From Patescibacteria group bacterium (GTDB taxonomy: Bacteria; Patescibacteriota; Patescibacteriia; XYB2-FULL-38-15), in contig JBAZEY010000005.1 of the NCBI GenBank assembly GCA_041653675.1, positions 10,164 through 74,163 on the forward strand: 64,000 nucleotides of DNA. Reading direction: 5' to 3'. The translations under genes were made by a program, and so were the position numbers. Below the pieces are notes generated by a model. That model was not told the DNA's origin. It did not search any database and saw only the letters and a list, made by a program, of their open reading frames with translations. Below, piece after piece: positions 62,233-64,000 of this stretch. Each line of letters begins with the position of its first letter. Position 1 is the stretch's first letter.

Positions 62233-64000
62233 TTAGTTTGCCCGCAATCCAGTGTCGGAAAAAGTTCCGGCCCCGCCACAAAAAGCTTTTGCTTCACCGC
62301 CGCCGTAGTCAGCAATCAACCTTCCTTCGTTCGCCGCGCCGTCATTACACCTATAAACAATAAATACCCCGGCGCCAGCGGGACAATTTGTTCCATCTTG
62401 TAAACAAACATTCTTCCCGGAAACTGTAGCGTTGCCGACTACCGTCAATGAACCAGACACTTGCAGTTCATCATTCACATAAACGTAATTAGCCGGATAA
62501 TCAATATCTGCCCGGAGAGTAAGGTTCCCCGCGTTAACGCCCGGAATAGAAGAATCCGTGGACAGAAGCCCCGTTGTACCATCGTGTCTTAAAACTACTG
62601 CCTTTGTATTGCTTACATCGCTCGTCTGCAGGGTACCGCCTCCGTAAGCATTGACGCTGCTTCCACTTACTTGTCCATCACTAAAAAATGAACTGCTGGA
62701 ATAGAACCTTCCCATCATATCTTCCCATTTTATATATTTTGTCCCATCATCAAAATAAATATAATCATCATTTCCCGCCGCAGCCACTCCAACATTTAAA
62801 TTTCCACCGACCGTAAGCGCATCCGCAGCTTTATCAAAAGTTAAACCAGCATCACCCGTAAAAATTCCGCCGTCGTTAAACTGAATCTGTCCTGCCACGC
62901 CCCCGGGCGTAACTCCCGCCGGCCACGCGCCAAGACAATTTCCTTGAATACAAAGTTTCACGACATTTAATGTTCCAGCTCCTCGATATCCACCCGCTGC
63001 CGCGCCCACGACTTCAGCCTCAGCATAAACTCCTTTCCCGCCCAAAAAATATCCGCCCCAACCATCAGCCGCGCCAGCTTCTCCATAAACCGCCGTACTG
63101 CCCGCGCCAGATGCCTGAAAAAATCCGCCATAACTTGCCCCGTTGCCCTTGACTCCGACCCCCAAAGCGCCAGCTGCCGTAAAATAACCGCCATAATTTG
63201 CCACTGCTCCATTTGATGTCGCTTCACCATAAACGCCCATCACACTACCAGCACCAGACGCCTCACCGTAAACGCCACGGGCAAAATTAGTCGCGCTTAA
63301 AGTTTTTCCGTGAACGCCGTAATTAATTCCCGCGACGGCCGTCGCTTCGCCATAAATTCCTTTACCGTTGCCCGCCGAACTGGATCCCTGAATCGCCGGC
63401 GTTAAATTTGTATTCGCGTTTATTTGGCCAGCCACGTCAAGCTTGTAGGTTGGAATTATTGTGCCAATGCCTACGCTTCCGTCGCTTGTTACAATCAACC
63501 TGTTTGTTTCTCCCACTCCAGCTTTCCAAAAACGCAACTGATCAGTTCCCGTATCGCGGTAAATCGCCCAGTGCGTATCCATTGCCGGACTGCCAAAATC
63601 CAATTCTGGATTGCTGCCAGGCGTTGGGAGAAGATAAATTCTTGGCGCTACGCCACCAACCATTAAATTGAAGGCTGTATTTGTTGTCCCAATTCCCACA
63701 TTGCCGGCGGCGCCAATCATTATCCGACCAACTCCGTTTGTTTCAAAAGACATGGGTACATTATCATTGGTTCCTAAAACCGCGGTCGGACCAAAGCCAA
63801 TATTTCCTTCATCAACAAAAGCACTCACCGCTTCGGGCCAATTATTGCGACAATTTCCTTGAATACAAAGTTGCTCGGCATTCAATGTTCCCACACCCAT
63901 ATTTCCTCCGGCTGGCACGCCGACAATCTGCCCTTGACCCACGGAAAAATTTCCGCCGATAGTTAAATCGCCGGTTTTAATTTGCGCCCCGGCGCCAACA
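62233..64000 (-). CDS. Large Gly/Ala/Val-rich repeat surface protein (beta-helix/fibre-like), 5' end beyond the window
   Basis: Repeats GVYGEA(T/S), two LCIQGNC(x)WP modules, many GxG tracts. The reading frame stays open upstream of the M at 63942 to the window edge. Confidence 0.45.
   Translation of the reverse strand, partial: VGAGAQIKTGDLTIGGNFSVGQGQIVGVPAGGNMGVGTLNAEQLCIQGNCRNNWPEAVSAFVDEGNIGFGPTAVLGTNDNVPMSFETNGVGRIMIGAAGNVGIGTTNTAFNLMVGGVAPRIYLLPTPGSNPELDFGSPAMDTHWAIYRDTGTDQLRFWKAGVGETNRLIVTSDGSVGIGTIIPTYKLDVAGQINANTNLTPAIQGSSSAGNGKGIYGEATAVAGINYGVHGKTLSATNFARGVYGEASGAGSVMGVYGEATSNGAVANYGGYFTAAGALGVGVKGNGASYGGFFQASGAGSTAVYGEAGAADGWGGYFLGGKGVYAEAEVVGAAAGGYRGAGTLNVVKLCIQGNCLGAWPAGVTPGGVAGQIQFNDGGIFTGDAGLTFDKAADALTVGGNLNVGVAAAGNDDYIYFDDGTKYIKWEDMMGRFYSSSSFFSDGQVSGSSVNAYGGGTLQTSDVSNTKAVVLRHDGTTGLLSTDSSIPGVNAGNLTLRADIDYPANYVYVNDELQVSGSLTVVGNATVSGKNVCLQDGTNCPAGAGVFIVYRCNDGAANEGRLIADYGGGEAKAFCGGAGTFSDTGLRAN

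Overview
This is a 64 kb window of AT-rich DNA, about 35-40% GC by eye, from a small-genome bacterium. Nearly every gene is on the minus strand and genes are tightly packed. Several traits fit a CPR/Patescibacteria-like organism: K/E-rich low-complexity tails on S9, S11, RpoA and other proteins; a compact 585-aa AlaRS; an RpoA with no alpha-CTD; a secretin-less, PilT-less type IV pilus cluster; and leaderless genes driven by an extended -10 'TGTG(C/T)TATAAT' promoter. Native content, all on the minus strand unless noted: a GT4 glycosyltransferase fragment and a Wzx flippase; queA; the alpha operon (infA-rpmJ-rpsM-rpsK-rpsD-rpoA-rplQ) followed by rplM-rpsI; alaS; mnmA; queH; gatCA; ligA; a 13-gene type IV pilus cluster (major and minor pilins, pilD, pilC, pilB, pilMNO, plus unknowns); rnhA; recJ; lepA; murJ; ackA with pduL-type pta; a PfkB kinase; hpf; rsmE; a SpoU methyltransferase; tspO; rlmN; truB; a HAD hydrolase; a PD-(D/E)XK nuclease; tRNA-Gln(CUG); dnaX; corA (plus strand); cysS; and a large Gly-rich surface protein that runs off the window edge. 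The most anomalous feature is four short high-GC islands, roughly 60-68% GC by eye, at 1.84-2.43 kb, 10.9-11.8 kb, 37.4-38.9 kb and 45.8-46.9 kb. Each carries a complete expression module (promoter, structured leader, AGGAG RBS, GC-rich ORF with no homolog I recognise, intrinsic terminator); three show a near-consensus TTGACA-N17-TAT(T/A)(A/C)T promoter and island 2's promoter is unresolved. The 45.8-46.9 kb island holds two tandem cassettes with near-identical promoters, operator-like palindromes and an identical 19-nt terminator stem. Other notable features: two paralogous loci encoding a TraD/VirD4-like coupling-protein-type ATPase, split into two ORFs at one locus and fused into one 888-aa ORF at the other; a ~105-nt three-hairpin repeat element in two copies with compensatory stem changes, one copy flanked by a 42-47-bp direct duplication of the rnhA 5' end; long inverted-repeat structures at 22.3 kb and 37.4-37.6 kb; and a partial duplicate of the tRNA-Gln 3' end. 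No rRNA, CRISPR array or recognisable transposase was found.
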